A DNA stretch of 64,000 bases from an uncultured delta proteobacterium (GCA_963771175.1 CAVYSY010000026.1:160001-224000), one strand, 5' to 3'; shown: positions 21,047-31,235, counted from the stretch's first letter. The notes: generated by a model not told the origin, from the sequence alone. Program-made: numbers and translations.

Positions 21047-22293
21047 ATGACGCAGCCCGCCCACAAGTGGAAGGCCTGGTGCCTGCTGGCCATGGCAGCG
21101 TTGTGGCCCGCGCTCGGGCACGCCCAACAGGTGGGCGGCAACGGCCTCAAGATCGGTGAGGGCAGGCTGCACCCCACCTTCGACTTCGAGACGCGCATCG
21201 ACAGCGCGGCTGGCTACTTCCCGCCCCCGGGCAGCACGGACGGCAACACGGTGTCCGACCAGCTCTCCGGAGAGGCCGTGCTGCACTTCCGGCCCGGACT
21301 GGGACTGGATCTGCCCGGCTCCAAGGTCGCCGTGAATCTGCGGGGTTACGCCGACTATGTCCACTACACCGGCCTGCTGACGCCCGGCTCCAGCAACACC
21401 TCGCACCTGGAGGGGCTGGCGGACTTGACCGTCCACTTCAACCGGGAAGCGCCCGTGTCGGTGGTGGTGGCGGACCATTTCGAGCGCTCGGATCGCACGC
21501 GCAGCGTGGCGCTCGGCGCGGGCGTGCTGTCGCTCTACAACGAGGCGCGACTGAGCATGCCGCTGCGGCCCGGCGGTGGCGCCATCTCGGTGACGCCCCA
21601 GGTGGCATGGGGCCTCGAGCGCTTCAAGTCTCTCGCGGCCCTGTTCCCGGTAGGCTGCGACACGCCGGTGTGCGACCCCGCCGCGGTGGACCAGTTCGAC
21701 TACAGCAACCTTCGGGCGAGCCTGGAGGGCCGCTGGCGCTTCCTGCCCAAGACGGCGGTGGTGGTGGACGCCCAGTTCAACTACCGCACCTACGCCCGGG
21801 ACAGCACCCCGGAGGCCCTGCTGCTGCACACCAGAGCGGGGCTGGCGGGACTGGTGTCCCCGAGGATCTCCGTGACGGCCCTGGTGGGCTGGGGCCAGGA
21901 CTTCGGCGCGGCCGGGGCGGTGCCCTCCTCGCCCAGCTCGAGGGCGCCTACCAGCTGAGCCAGACGGCCAGCGTGAAGTTCGGCTATGCACGCACCCTGG
22001 AGCCCGTGGCCGCCTTCGGCCTGTTCCGAGATGATCGCGGCTACCTGGAGGCGCAGGCCCTGCTCGGCGGCCGACTCACCGTGAGGGGCATGACCGGCGT
22101 CAACCACCTGAGCTTCCAGGGGACCCGGCGCGACAACCTCTTCGAGTTGGATCTGGGACCCCAGTACCAGTTCAAGCGCTGGCTCATTGGAGGGACCGGC
22201 TACCTGTTGGGGTGGCGGTCGTCCAACGAATCCGGTGCCGGCATCAACTACGTCCGGCACGAAGGGTATGTTCGGATGACCGTGACGTACTGA
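21047..22293 (+). CDS. wzpB: OM beta-barrel partner of an OPX protein (WzpB/EpsX-like), broken by a 1-nt frameshift near 21915
   Basis: ORFs 21047-21958 and 21607-22293 join at a G run; signal peptide; terminal aromatic strand VRMTVTY; directly upstream of the OPX gene. Confidence 0.65.
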
Positions 22294-22306
22294 GACAGCC
22301 ACTGTG

Positions 22307-22903
22307 ATGCGCATCCTCTCCCTGCTCATACTGCTGCTCGCCGCGCCGACCGCGTGCCGCACCGCCATGCCCCCCCTCGCGACCGAGGCCGCGGCGGCCA
22401 AGGAGGACTCCGACACCCGCCGCACCCTGGGCGCGGGAGACCTGGTGGACGTGCGCGTCTACCTGGAGCCGGACCACTCGGGCGTGTGGGCCGTGTCCCC
22501 CGAGGGCACCATCGACTACCCGCTGTGCGGGAAGATCCACCTGGCGGGCCGCACCTCCGGCACCGCCGCCGACGCCCTGCGCGAGTGCCTCGTCCGCTAC
22601 CTGCGCCACCCCGACGTGTCCGTGGCCATCCGCGAGTACAACTCGAAAAAGGTCTTCGTCTTCGGCGAGGTGCAGAAGCCGGGCACGTTCACCTACGTGG
22701 AGGGGATGACCATCATCGAGGCGATTACCATGGCCGGAGGCCTCACCAAGCTGGCCTCGCCCAACGGCACCACCGTGGCGAGGCAGGGAGAGGGCCAGCA
22801 GCAGAAGGTCCGCGTCCCGGTGAAGGACATCCGCGACGGCCAGGAGAAGAACTTCCCCCTCCAGCCGGGCGACATCGTCTTCGTGCCGGAGAGCTTCTTC
22901 TAG
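22307..22903 (+). CDS. wzaB: Short OPX/Wza polysaccharide export lipoprotein
   Basis: [47 protein letters not shown]; lacks the C-terminal OM helix. Confidence 0.8.
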   Translation: MRILSLLILLLAAPTACRTAMPPLATEAAAAKEDSDTRRTLGAGDLVDVRVYLEPDHSGVWAVSPEGTIDYPLCGKIHLAGRTSGTAADALRECLVRYLRHPDVSVAIREYNSKKVFVFGEVQKPGTFTYVEGMTIIEAITMAGGLTKLASPNGTTVARQGEGQQQKVRVPVKDIRDGQEKNFPLQPGDIVFVPESFF

Positions 22904-22907
22904 GCGC

Positions 22908-23732
22908 TCAGGCGCGCGGGGCCGGGGGCGTCCAGCCGATGTCGGCGAGGAAGCCCTGGCACTCAGCGATGAGCGCGGAAGCCAGGCCCGGGGCGCAGGC
23001 GAGCACGTCCCCGTGGCCCACCTGGAAGGGGGCTCCGTCGATGCGCACCATCGTCCCGCCCGCCTCCTTCACCAGCAGCGCCCCGGCGGCCACGTCCCAG
23101 GGCTTGAGGCCGAACTCGAAGAAGCCGTCGAAGCGGCCGGCGGCCACGTAGGCCAGGTCCAGCGCGGCGCTGCCCGTGCGGCGGATGCCCTGCGCCTGGA
23201 CGATGAAGCGCCGCAGCAGCCCCACCGGGCCCTCGGGCCGCTGGTGCACGTCGTAGGGAAAGCCCGTGCACAGCAGGGCGCGCGACAGTTCCGGGGTGTC
23301 CGAGGCCCGCAGGGGCCGGCCGTTGAGCGTGGCCCCCTCGCCTCGCGCGGCGGAGAAGAGCTCGTTCAGCATCGGGTCGTAGATGGCGCCGGCGAGCAGC
23401 CCGTCCGGCCCCTCCACCCCCACGCTCACGCAGAAGTGCGGCACCCGGTGCGAGTAGTTGGTGGTGCCGTCCAGCGGATCGACGATCCACCGGAAGCCCG
23501 AGCCCTGGGAGGCCCCGCTCTCCTCGGCCAGCACCGCGTGGCCGGGGTAGCGCTGGCGGATGAAGCCGAGCACCGCCTCCTCGGCCGCGCGGTCCGCGTC
23601 GGTGACGAGGTCGATGCCGCCCTTGTACTCGATGGTGCGCTCGCCCAGGAAACGCTCGGCGAGCACCCGGCCGGCGAGCCGGGCCCCCTCCTCGGCGGTG
23701 CGGCGAAGGGTGGCGGGCGACTCATCGGACAT
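22908..23732 (-). CDS. suhB: Inositol monophosphatase
   Basis: DLVTDAD, EE, WIVDPLDGTTNY, GSAALDL, WDVAAG. Confidence 0.93.
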   Translation of the reverse strand: MSDESPATLRRTAEEGARLAGRVLAERFLGERTIEYKGGIDLVTDADRAAEEAVLGFIRQRYPGHAVLAEESGASQGSGFRWIVDPLDGTTNYSHRVPHFCVSVGVEGPDGLLAGAIYDPMLNELFSAARGEGATLNGRPLRASDTPELSRALLCTGFPYDVHQRPEGPVGLLRRFIVQAQGIRRTGSAALDLAYVAAGRFDGFFEFGLKPWDVAAGALLVKEAGGTMVRIDGAPFQVGHGDVLACAPGLASALIAECQGFLADIGWTPPAPRA

Positions 23733-23749
23733 GGCGGCTCCTCCCTCTT

Positions 23750-24310
23750 CTATTTGTCGGCGGGCTCGGCGAGCAGCTGCTCGATCTGCGCCTGGTACTT
23801 GGCGAGGAACTCCTCGGCGAAGCCCTCGTGTACGTAGCGCACCACGCCCTTGCGGTCGATCAGCAGCGTGGTGGGCATGGAGCGGACCCGCAGCACCTTG
23901 TCCGCCACCTCGGCGTTGGTGTCGACGAGGATGGGCAGGCTCACCTTCGTCTCCTTGAGGAAGGGAGGAATGGCGCGGGAGTCCTCGTCCACGTTGAGGG
24001 CGTACACCTTGAGGCCGCGCGAGGCGTAGTGCTTCGCGAGGTCCTCGTAGATGGGGAGCGCGTCGCGGCAGGGCTCGCACCAGGTGGCCCACACGTCGAG
24101 CAGCACCACGTCGCCGCGGTCGCTGGCGATGGCGTGGGGCTCGCCGCCTGGGTAGCGCTTGACGGTGAACTGCAGCGGGGCGGGCGCGTCGGAGGCCAGG
24201 GCCGCCGAGGAGGCCGTCGGGAGCGCGGGGCCGGTGAGCGTCGGCATCTTCTGGGCGCAGCCGGAGAGGGCGAGCGCGGCCAGGGCGAGGTGGAGGGGGC
24301 GCATGCTCAC
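23750..24310 (-). CDS. TlpA-family thioredoxin lipoprotein
   Basis: Lipobox LSGC; WATWCEPC. Confidence 0.92.
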   Translation of the reverse strand: MSMRPLHLALAALALSGCAQKMPTLTGPALPTASSAALASDAPAPLQFTVKRYPGGEPHAIASDRGDVVLLDVWATWCEPCRDALPIYEDLAKHYASRGLKVYALNVDEDSRAIPPFLKETKVSLPILVDTNAEVADKVLRVRSMPTTLLIDRKGVVRYVHEGFAEEFLAKYQAQIEQLLAEPADK

Positions 24311-25773
24311 TTCTCTCCCATGCGGGCGCGCAGCGCGACGAGCAGTTTGTCGATGAAGCCGCCGAAGGCGCCGTTGCTCATGACGAGCAGCACGTCCCCG
24401 GGCTGGGCCTCGCGCGCGGTGCGCTCGACGAGCGTGGGCACGTCCGAGGCGTAGTCCGCGGCGATGCCCTGCTTCTTCAGCTCCTCGGTCACGCGAGGCA
24501 CGTCCAGCTCCTCGTTGGTGGGCACCTTGTCATGGTGCTCGGGCACCTTGAGGCTGGCCCTCGAGGCACCGGTGAAGGAGTGCGCGTAGTCCTCCTGGTG
24601 GATGTTGCGACGGCTCGTGTTGGAGCGGGGCTCGAAGATGGCCCACAGCCGGCGATCCGCGTAGCGGTGGCGGATGGCGGCGATCGTCTCGCGCACGGCC
24701 GTGGGGTGGTGCGCGAAGTCGTCCACCACGAGGATGCCGCCGACCTCCGCGCGCACCTCCTGGCGGCGCTTCACCCCCTGGAAGGTGGCGAGCCCCTTGG
24801 CGATCTCCTCGAAGGAGAGACCCAGGCCGCGCGCCGCGCCAATGACGCCGAGCGTGTTCTCCACGTTGTGCAGGCCGGAGAGCGGCAGCAGCACGGTGCC
24901 GAGCACGGTGCCACGCTCGAGCACCTCGAAGCGGGCGCCCTCGGGGCCGAAGCGCACGTTGCGCGGGGTGTAGTCGGCCTCGGCGCCCTCCTTGGCCACG
25001 TAGGTGACGACCTGACCGGGGCAGGCCTTCGCCAGTTGCACGGCGTTGGGGTACGCGGCGCACACCACGAGCCGGCCGTCCCGCGGAATCAACCGGACGA
25101 ACTTGTCGAAGGTGGACTCGTAGTGCGGCAGGTCCCGGAAGATGTCCGCGTGGTCGAACTCCACGCTGGTGAGGATGGCCGTCTTCGGCCGGTAGTGGAG
25201 GAACTTGGAGCCCTTGTCCCAGTAGGCCGTGTCGTACTCGTCGCCCTCGACGACGAAGTGCGGGCCCTTCCCCACCCGGTAGTTGCCCGAGTAGTTCTGC
25301 GTCACACCGCCCACGAGGAAGGACGGATCCCTCCCCGCCTCCACGAGGACGTGGGCCATCAGCGAGGACGTGGTCGTCTTCCCGTGGGTGCCCGCCACCA
25401 CGACGGAGTGCGAGCGGTCCAGGAAGAGCGAGCCCAGCGCGGCCGGGAAGCTCATCTGGGGAATGCGGCGCTCGCGGACGGCGGTGGCCTCGGGGTTCAC
25501 CCGGCGGATGACGTTGCCGATGATGACGAGGTCCGGCTTCGCCACATCGAGGTTCCCCGGGCTGTAGGGGGTGAGCGCTTGAATCCCCCAGTTGCGGAGC
25601 ATGTCGCTCATGGGCGGGTAGACGTTCTCGTCACTGCCGGTGACTTCGTAGCCGGCGGCCTTGAGCATGCCCGCGAACGAGCCCATGCCCGTACCGGCCA
25701 CGCCGACGAGGTGGATGCGGCGCACCGCGCCGGGGGTGATGGTTTCGAGGACGTTGCCGTTGTCGTCAGCCAT
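24307..25773 (-). CDS. mpl: Murein tripeptide ligase
   Basis: GVAGTGMG, YPPMS, AGTHGKTTT, EGDEYDTA, DDFAHHPTA, EPRSNT, SNGAFGG. Confidence 0.93.
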   Translation of the reverse strand: MADDNGNVLETITPGAVRRIHLVGVAGTGMGSFAGMLKAAGYEVTGSDENVYPPMSDMLRNWGIQALTPYSPGNLDVAKPDLVIIGNVIRRVNPEATAVRERRIPQMSFPAALGSLFLDRSHSVVVAGTHGKTTTSSLMAHVLVEAGRDPSFLVGGVTQNYSGNYRVGKGPHFVVEGDEYDTAYWDKGSKFLHYRPKTAILTSVEFDHADIFRDLPHYESTFDKFVRLIPRDGRLVVCAAYPNAVQLAKACPGQVVTYVAKEGAEADYTPRNVRFGPEGARFEVLERGTVLGTVLLPLSGLHNVENTLGVIGAARGLGLSFEEIAKGLATFQGVKRRQEVRAEVGGILVVDDFAHHPTAVRETIAAIRHRYADRRLWAIFEPRSNTSRRNIHQEDYAHSFTGASRASLKVPEHHDKVPTNEELDVPRVTEELKKQGIAADYASDVPTLVERTAREAQPGDVLLVMSNGAFGGFIDKLLVALRARMGEK

Positions 25774-26941
25774 TTGCTTTCGGGGTGAGGTCATGGAGGC
25801 CAAGGGCCTGCACGACGAGGTCGTGGAAGACGGGGCGGAAATCGCGGATGCGCACTTCCTGGCGGCCGAGCGCCACGCGATTGGTGACGAGCGCCACCAC
25901 CAGGGAGCGGCGCAGGTCCACCCAGAGGCTCGTGCCGGTGAAGCCGAGGTGGCCCACCGCGCCCGGAGGGGTGTCGCCGATGAAGTGGCCCGCGCTGGAC
26001 AGGCGCTCGGAGGGCGAGTCGAAGCCCATGGAGCGGGTGCTGCCCTCCAAGAGGGGATCGCTCGCCAGCGCGCGGTACCAGAGGGGACCGGGGGCGAGGG
26101 CCGCGTCTCCCGCGCACCCCGCGAGGATGGCCTGGCCAAAGCGGGCCACGTCCACCGCGGTGCCGAAGAGGCCGGCGTGGCCGCTGACGCCATCCATCAC
26201 CCAGGCGTTGTCATCATCCACCTCGCCGGGCACGGAGGGATGGGAGGGAAGCTCGCCCCACATCTTCTCCTGGCCGGGAGCGGGCTCGCGGGGACGGGTG
26301 GCCCCGGTGGGCGCGACCTGGCCGTCGGTGGGGAAATCGGTGAGGCGGTGGAAGCGCGCGGAGAGGCCGAGCGGCTCGGCGACATGGCGCGAGAAGAGGA
26401 CGTCCAGGGGCGCACCACCCGCGCGGGCGAGGATCTCCCCCAAGAGGATGAAGCCCACGTCGCTGTAGGCGGTGCAGGTGCGCAGCGGGGCCACGAGCGG
26501 GGTGCGCGCGGCGGCCTGGATGACCTCGTCCCGAACGCGGGCGCGGGTGGCCGAGGGACAGGCCGGGTCGAGGAGCTCGGGGGTGGAGGTGAGCGCCTCG
26601 GCGAAGAAGGGCACGAAGGGCGGCAGACCCGAGCGGTGGTAGAGCAGGTCCGCCACCGTGGCCCCCGCCTCCCCCACGGGCGAGCCCGGGAAGAAGCGGG
26701 CCACCGGGGTCTCGGGCCCCACCTTCCCCTCGGTCCAGAAGCGCAGGAAGAGCGAGGTGGTGCAGAGCACCTTGGTGACGGAGGCCAGGTCGAAGCGGGT
26801 GTCGCCGGTGACGTTGCCGGCCACGCCGCCGAAGACCTGGGCGCCCCGGTGCAGCACCACGGCCTGCGCTGCCGGGAAGATGCCGAGCGTGATGGCCTCC
26901 TCCAGCGCACTCTGGAGATCGGCGATGGGGTGACTGCTCAT
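25766..26941 (-). CDS. Beta-lactamase-like serine hydrolase
   Basis: ASVTK (SxxK), YSD, GHAGLF, GHLGFTGT. Confidence 0.9.
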   Translation of the reverse strand: MSSHPIADLQSALEEAITLGIFPAAQAVVLHRGAQVFGGVAGNVTGDTRFDLASVTKVLCTTSLFLRFWTEGKVGPETPVARFFPGSPVGEAGATVADLLYHRSGLPPFVPFFAEALTSTPELLDPACPSATRARVRDEVIQAAARTPLVAPLRTCTAYSDVGFILLGEILARAGGAPLDVLFSRHVAEPLGLSARFHRLTDFPTDGQVAPTGATRPREPAPGQEKMWGELPSHPSVPGEVDDDNAWVMDGVSGHAGLFGTAVDVARFGQAILAGCAGDAALAPGPLWYRALASDPLLEGSTRSMGFDSPSERLSSAGHFIGDTPPGAVGHLGFTGTSLWVDLRRSLVVALVTNRVALGRQEVRIRDFRPVFHDLVVQALGLHDLTPKANG

Positions 26942-27849
26942 GCCTGCACCGCTCCTTCCAGGAAGGTGAGGCGGGCGGCGCTGGCATCCAACCTCACGTG
27001 AGTGCCGAGGGCGATGGGGTAGTTGGGCGTGTCGTGGCCGACCGGGAAGCCAGCGGCACACGGGAGGCCCGTCTCCTCGGCGAGCGAGCGCAGGACATCG
27101 GCGCTGCCGTAGGGAGCGTCCTTCACCTCGCAGTCGGTGAAGTCACCGAGCACGAGGCCGCGCACGCGCTCGAACACGCCGGCGAGCTTCAGGTGGGTCC
27201 ACATGCGGTCGAGCCGGTAGGGGCGCTCGCCCACGTCCTCGAGGAAGAGGACGGCGCCGTCGAGCGGCGGCATGTAGGGAGTGCCCAGCAGCCGGGAGAA
27301 GACGGAGAGGTTGCCACCGAGGAGCCGTCCCTCGACGACGCCGGGGACGTAGGTGGCCTTGCCCTGGAGGGGCGGAGGGGCCTCGGGGGACTCCAGAAGT
27401 CGGAAGAGGTACTCCTGGACCTCGGGAGGCTGCTTGCCCAGGTGGGTGATGACGGGCCCGTGAATGGTGACGCGACCGAGCCCCTGGAGCGGCAGGTGGA
27501 TGGCGGTGAGGTCGGAGAAGCCGACGAGCGCCGTGGGAACCATGTCCGCGAGCGGGAGGGACGGGAGGAGGCGCATGCTCCCGTAGCCACCGCGGGCGCA
27601 GAAGACGGCGCGGGCGCCCCGGTCGGTGATGGCGTGGGCGAGCTCCTCGGCACGACGGGCATCGGTGCCGGCGAGGTAGCGCCAGCTCTCGTAGAGGTCG
27701 GGCCGGAAGACGGGCGAGTAGCGCTGACCGAGGACGTTGAGACCGACCTCGAAGCTGGGGCGGTCGAAAGGGCCGGCGGGAGCGACGACGTGGACGGTGT
27801 CGCGAGGACGCAGCGGAAGGGGCTTGAGCCAACGCACGGGCGCCTTCAT
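26938..27849 (-). CDS. ldcA: LD-carboxypeptidase (S66)
   Basis: ARGGYGSMRLL, GFSDLT, GGNL, FLEDVGE, GH. Confidence 0.9.
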   Translation of the reverse strand: MKAPVRWLKPLPLRPRDTVHVVAPAGPFDRPSFEVGLNVLGQRYSPVFRPDLYESWRYLAGTDARRAEELAHAITDRGARAVFCARGGYGSMRLLPSLPLADMVPTALVGFSDLTAIHLPLQGLGRVTIHGPVITHLGKQPPEVQEYLFRLLESPEAPPPLQGKATYVPGVVEGRLLGGNLSVFSRLLGTPYMPPLDGAVLFLEDVGERPYRLDRMWTHLKLAGVFERVRGLVLGDFTDCEVKDAPYGSADVLRSLAEETGLPCAAGFPVGHDTPNYPIALGTHVRLDASAARLTFLEGAVQA

Positions 27850-27899
27850 AGCACCGGGGGAGCAGGTGTCCCCGTGCTTCGAACACCTCATGTCTGGGT

Positions 27900-27945
27900 G
27901 ACAACCTCCCCCCTCCCCCCGGAGGAAGGCCAGGGTGAGGTTGTC
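27900..27945. repeat. REP-like intergenic palindrome
   Basis: GACAACCTC...GAGGTTGTC inverted ends enclosing a CCTCACCC/C-rich-G-rich core. Confidence 0.4.
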
Positions 27946-27952
27946 TGGTCCC

Positions 27953-29221
27953 CTACCCACCCGTGCGTTCGAGCACGGCGGCGAAGAACCCATCGGTCCC
28001 GTGCAGGTGCGGCGCGCAGAACAGGAAGCCCTCCCGGATGCACGAGGGGTCCAACCACCCCGCCCCGGGGGCGACCGTCCGGAACTCGGGGGCCGAGCGC
28101 AGGAACTCCGAGACGACCTCCTCGTTCTCGGCACGATTCACGGTGCAGGTCGCGTAGACGAGCCGCCCCCCGGGACGCACGAGTGGGCGCGCGCGAGCGA
28201 GGATGTCGAGCTGGACCCGAGGCAGCTCGGAGAGCTTGGCGGGGTCGATGCGGAACCGCAGGTCGGGCCCGCGACGCAGGGAGCCCAGCTCCGAGCACGG
28301 GGCGTCCACGAGCACCCGGTCGGCGAGCACGCCCTCTGGAGGCGCCCGGAGCACCTGGACATTCGAGACCCCCGCGCGAGAGCACCGCTGCAGGAGCCGG
28401 TCGAGCCGCTCGGCATCCGGGTCGTACGCGAGGAGCCGCCCCCGGTTCTCCAGGGCGGCGCCGAGCTGGAGCGTCTTGCCCCCGGCCCCGGCGCACAGGT
28501 CGAGCACGGTCTCCCCGGGCCGGGCCTCGACGAGGAGCCCGAGGAGCTGACTGCCCTCGTCCTGCACCTCGAAGAGACCCTCCCGCAGCGAGGCGAGCCC
28601 ATACAGATTGGGCCTGGGGCCCACGACATGGAGCGCGAGGGGGCTGAGCACCCCAGGCCGGGTCTCGACGCCCTCGGCGCGCAACCGCTCCGCCAGGGCT
28701 TCACGGGTCGTGCGGAGCCGGTTCACCCGGAGCGTGATGGGACCGGGGACGTTGAGGTGGGCGCAGAAGTCCTCGGCGGAGGGGCCGAGCTCGCGGGTGA
28801 AGTGCTCGGCGAGCCAGTCAGGCAGGGAGTAACGGAGACCGAGCGACGGAGGCTCCCCGGCGACGAGGGCCAGCGGCGCCCCGATGCCCGCGAGCCGGGC
28901 GGCCTCCTCGGCCGGGAGGCCTACGAGCCGATGGAGGAAGGCGAAGAGCAGCGCGGGAGCGGGAGCGTCGGGGTTGCCCAGATGGAACCCGAGCCGGCGA
29001 CGCCAGAGACCGACGTTGAAGACGGCCTCGGCGAGAACCTGGCGCTGCTCGCGGGAAAGTTGCCGGTGCGCACGCAGGGTTCGGTCCAGCACGCGCTCCG
29101 CGGAGCCGCCCCCAGAGAGGACGTGCGAGAGGGCCTCGGCGACGATGGGAGCAATCCCTTCGAGCGCCGGCCAGGGAACCGGGCGAAGTCGTGAGAGCGG
29201 GTCAAAACGGGATGTTGACAG
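27953..29221 (-). CDS. RsmB/NOL1/NOP2 RNA m5C methyltransferase
   Basis: QDEGSQL, DLCAGAGGKT, VDAPCS, YATCT. Frame is open up to CTG 29221 with GGAG upstream; first GTG is 29092. Confidence 0.9.
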   Translation of the reverse strand: MSTSRFDPLSRLRPVPWPALEGIAPIVAEALSHVLSGGGSAERVLDRTLRAHRQLSREQRQVLAEAVFNVGLWRRRLGFHLGNPDAPAPALLFAFLHRLVGLPAEEAARLAGIGAPLALVAGEPPSLGLRYSLPDWLAEHFTRELGPSAEDFCAHLNVPGPITLRVNRLRTTREALAERLRAEGVETRPGVLSPLALHVVGPRPNLYGLASLREGLFEVQDEGSQLLGLLVEARPGETVLDLCAGAGGKTLQLGAALENRGRLLAYDPDAERLDRLLQRCSRAGVSNVQVLRAPPEGVLADRVLVDAPCSELGSLRRGPDLRFRIDPAKLSELPRVQLDILARARPLVRPGGRLVYATCTVNRAENEEVVSEFLRSAPEFRTVAPGAGWLDPSCIREGFLFCAPHLHGTDGFFAAVLERTGG

Positions 29222-29243
29222 GACGGACTCCGTTCTTTAGAAA
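29215..29243 (+). promoter_or_regulatory. Sigma70-type promoter of tRNA-Asn
   Basis: TTGACA, N17, TAGAAA about 50 nt upstream of the tRNA. Confidence 0.65.
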
Positions 29244-29294
29244 GCACCTCGTTGTCGCGGCGGTTCACCAACGGCCGACGCGCAGCGGACATAT

Positions 29295-29367
29295 TCCCCG
29301 ATAGCTCAGCCGGTAGAGCGGGTGACTGTTAATCACTAGGTCCGAGGTTCGAGTCCTCGTCGGGGAG
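29295..29367 (+). tRNA. tRNA-Asn (GTT); CCA not encoded
   Basis: Acceptor stem TCCCCGA/TCGGGGA, D-arm, anticodon GTT 29328-30, T-loop GGTTCGAGTCC. Confidence 0.97.
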
Positions 29368-29369
29368 CA
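29324..29369 (+). repeat. attL core (46 bp)
   Basis: Identical to 39558-39603. Confidence 0.92.
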
Positions 29370-29387
29370 AGATTCACCAGTAATTTC

Positions 29388-29418
29388 AGGGCCTTGGACG
29401 AAAGTTCAAGGCCCTTTT
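29388..29418 (+). terminator. Intrinsic terminator after the tRNA
   Basis: AGGGCCTTGGAC-GAAA-GTTCAAGGCCCT then a T run. Confidence 0.8.
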
Positions 29419-29493
29419 CATTTGCCCTCCCCTGCCCGTGGGCAAAATACGGGCAACCCCCCGGACGTTCTCCCCAATGGAGGGCGCGGGCGC

Positions 29494-30546
29494 ATGGGTG
29501 AGAGCACGGGCAAGAGCCAGGACTACGCGGAGACGTGGGAAGGCGGGTTCATCCGCCACGACTCGAAGGGTCGCAAGGTCTACGTCATCCGCCGGATGAT
29601 CAACGGGCGAAGCTACAAGGTCAGCACGCGGGCGACCACGCTCCGGGCGGCCATGGAGCAGCTCAAGCGGTTCGAGGCTGATCCGGAGCACTACAACCCG
29701 GCGGGCTCGCTCCACGAGCAGCCCATCTACCTGGACGCGCCGCTCGCGGCTGAGTTCCTCGCCTACTCGCGCGACGTGGACAAGAACAGCCCCACCTGGG
29801 TGACGAAGCAGCAGGGCTATCTCGCGTGGTGGGCCGACCAGCTCAAGGGTCGGGACCTGCGGAAGGCCACGCTCCTCGATGACATCCTCCCCGCCCTGGA
29901 GGGAGCAAAGGCCCGGGGTCATCGAATCGCGGTCCTCAAGCGCGTCTACTCCTGGCTGCGCAAGGTGAAGCACGTCCTCTCGGTGGCCGAGGATCCGACC
30001 TTCGGACGGCTCACCGTGCCCCAGGCTCGGCCCGAGCAGTGGAAGCGGATCAAGGTCATTCCCCGGGAGCACTACCTGCTCGCCCACGAACACCTTGCGC
30101 CTCACTGGCGCGACGGGATGGACGTGCAGGCGGGCACCGGCTGGCACGTCTCGGAGCTGGTGCGCTTCGCCAGGATGGGCAGCGTGGAGCCGTACCGGGG
30201 CGAGGCCGAGGGGATCGCGGGCGTGCTGGTGTGCCCGCAGACCAAGAGCGGCGAGCCCTTGCGCACCGCCGTGTCCGCCGAGGTGCTGGAGGCCGGAAAG
30301 CGGCTGCTGGAGCGCGGCTCGTTCAGCTCCGAGAAGTACGGTCTCGCCATCAAGGGAGCCTGCAACGCGGCGGGCATCCCGCCCTTCACCCCGGGACGGT
30401 TCCGGCACTCCGTCGCCACCTGGGCCATCGAGAAGGGAGCGGACCCGGCATCGGTGGCGGCCTTCTTCAATCACAAGAGCCCGGCTACCACGCGAAGCTT
30501 CTACGCGACGCACGCGGTCCCGGCGAAGATTCCTACGTTACGGTGA
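29494..30546 (+). CDS. Tyrosine recombinase/integrase (350 aa)
   Basis: SD GGAGG; TGWHVSEL, TKSG, RFRHSVAT, NHKSPATTRSFY; adjacent to att. Confidence 0.88.
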   Translation: MGESTGKSQDYAETWEGGFIRHDSKGRKVYVIRRMINGRSYKVSTRATTLRAAMEQLKRFEADPEHYNPAGSLHEQPIYLDAPLAAEFLAYSRDVDKNSPTWVTKQQGYLAWWADQLKGRDLRKATLLDDILPALEGAKARGHRIAVLKRVYSWLRKVKHVLSVAEDPTFGRLTVPQARPEQWKRIKVIPREHYLLAHEHLAPHWRDGMDVQAGTGWHVSELVRFARMGSVEPYRGEAEGIAGVLVCPQTKSGEPLRTAVSAEVLEAGKRLLERGSFSSEKYGLAIKGACNAAGIPPFTPGRFRHSVATWAIEKGADPASVAAFFNHKSPATTRSFYATHAVPAKIPTLR

Positions 30547-30607
30547 AACTCGGCCCCGGCATCCCCACCAGTCATGGGGACACCGGGGGCCGGAGAACGA
30601 GTGCTTA

Positions 30608-31042
30608 CTAGCGGGCACGGCGAGCAGCGGTCCTCCGCTTCCTCGTAGAGGAGGTGCCCTGGCTGTCCACTACCTCGTGAGAGGCAGGCGGGCTCAGGCG
30701 CGCCGGGACAGGCCTGGGCCTAGGCTTGGGCTTGGACGTCGAGGACTTCAGCAACGCCGTCACACCGAGACCGAGGAGCACGCCAAGGCCGACGTGGACA
30801 AGCGCGTTGCCAGTGCCCACGACCTTCTGCTGCTCGAAGCCACAACCGTTGCAGCGCATGTAGTCCAGCTCCACGTGAACGTGGTTCACGTTGTCCCCGC
30901 CGCAATGCGGACACACGGGAGGCGCGACGATGTGCTCCGGGAGCGTGTCGAGCCCACGTCGAGCAAGCTCGTTCTGCGCCTTCACCGCGTTCTCGTACGC
31001 CCACTCCGGCACCTTCACCGTCTTGTACTTCATCTTCACCAT
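30608..31042 (-). CDS. Hypothetical: RHH-like N-terminus, Zn ribbon and TM helix
   Basis: YKTVKVPEWAYE; CPHC...CNGC; LVHVGLGVLLGLGVTALL; SD AGGAG. Confidence 0.7.
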   Translation of the reverse strand: MVKMKYKTVKVPEWAYENAVKAQNELARRGLDTLPEHIVAPPVCPHCGGDNVNHVHVELDYMRCNGCGFEQQKVVGTGNALVHVGLGVLLGLGVTALLKSSTSKPKPRPRPVPARLSPPASHEVVDSQGTSSTRKRRTAARRAR

Positions 31043-31235
31043 GGTGCTTCTCCTTTCCACCTCATTCTACCTTTGACTACCTGGGTGTCAAGGGAGCGGG
31101 CAATCGCCTGTAGGCGTGGGCTCAGGCTGTATGCTGCTGGACCCGTAGCGGCAGCGTGGCCATGCATTGCGCTCGTGGCGAGCGCGGCCTGTCCAGCGCA
31201 CGCCGCTCACCGCCAACGAGCAACGAGGAGACGCA

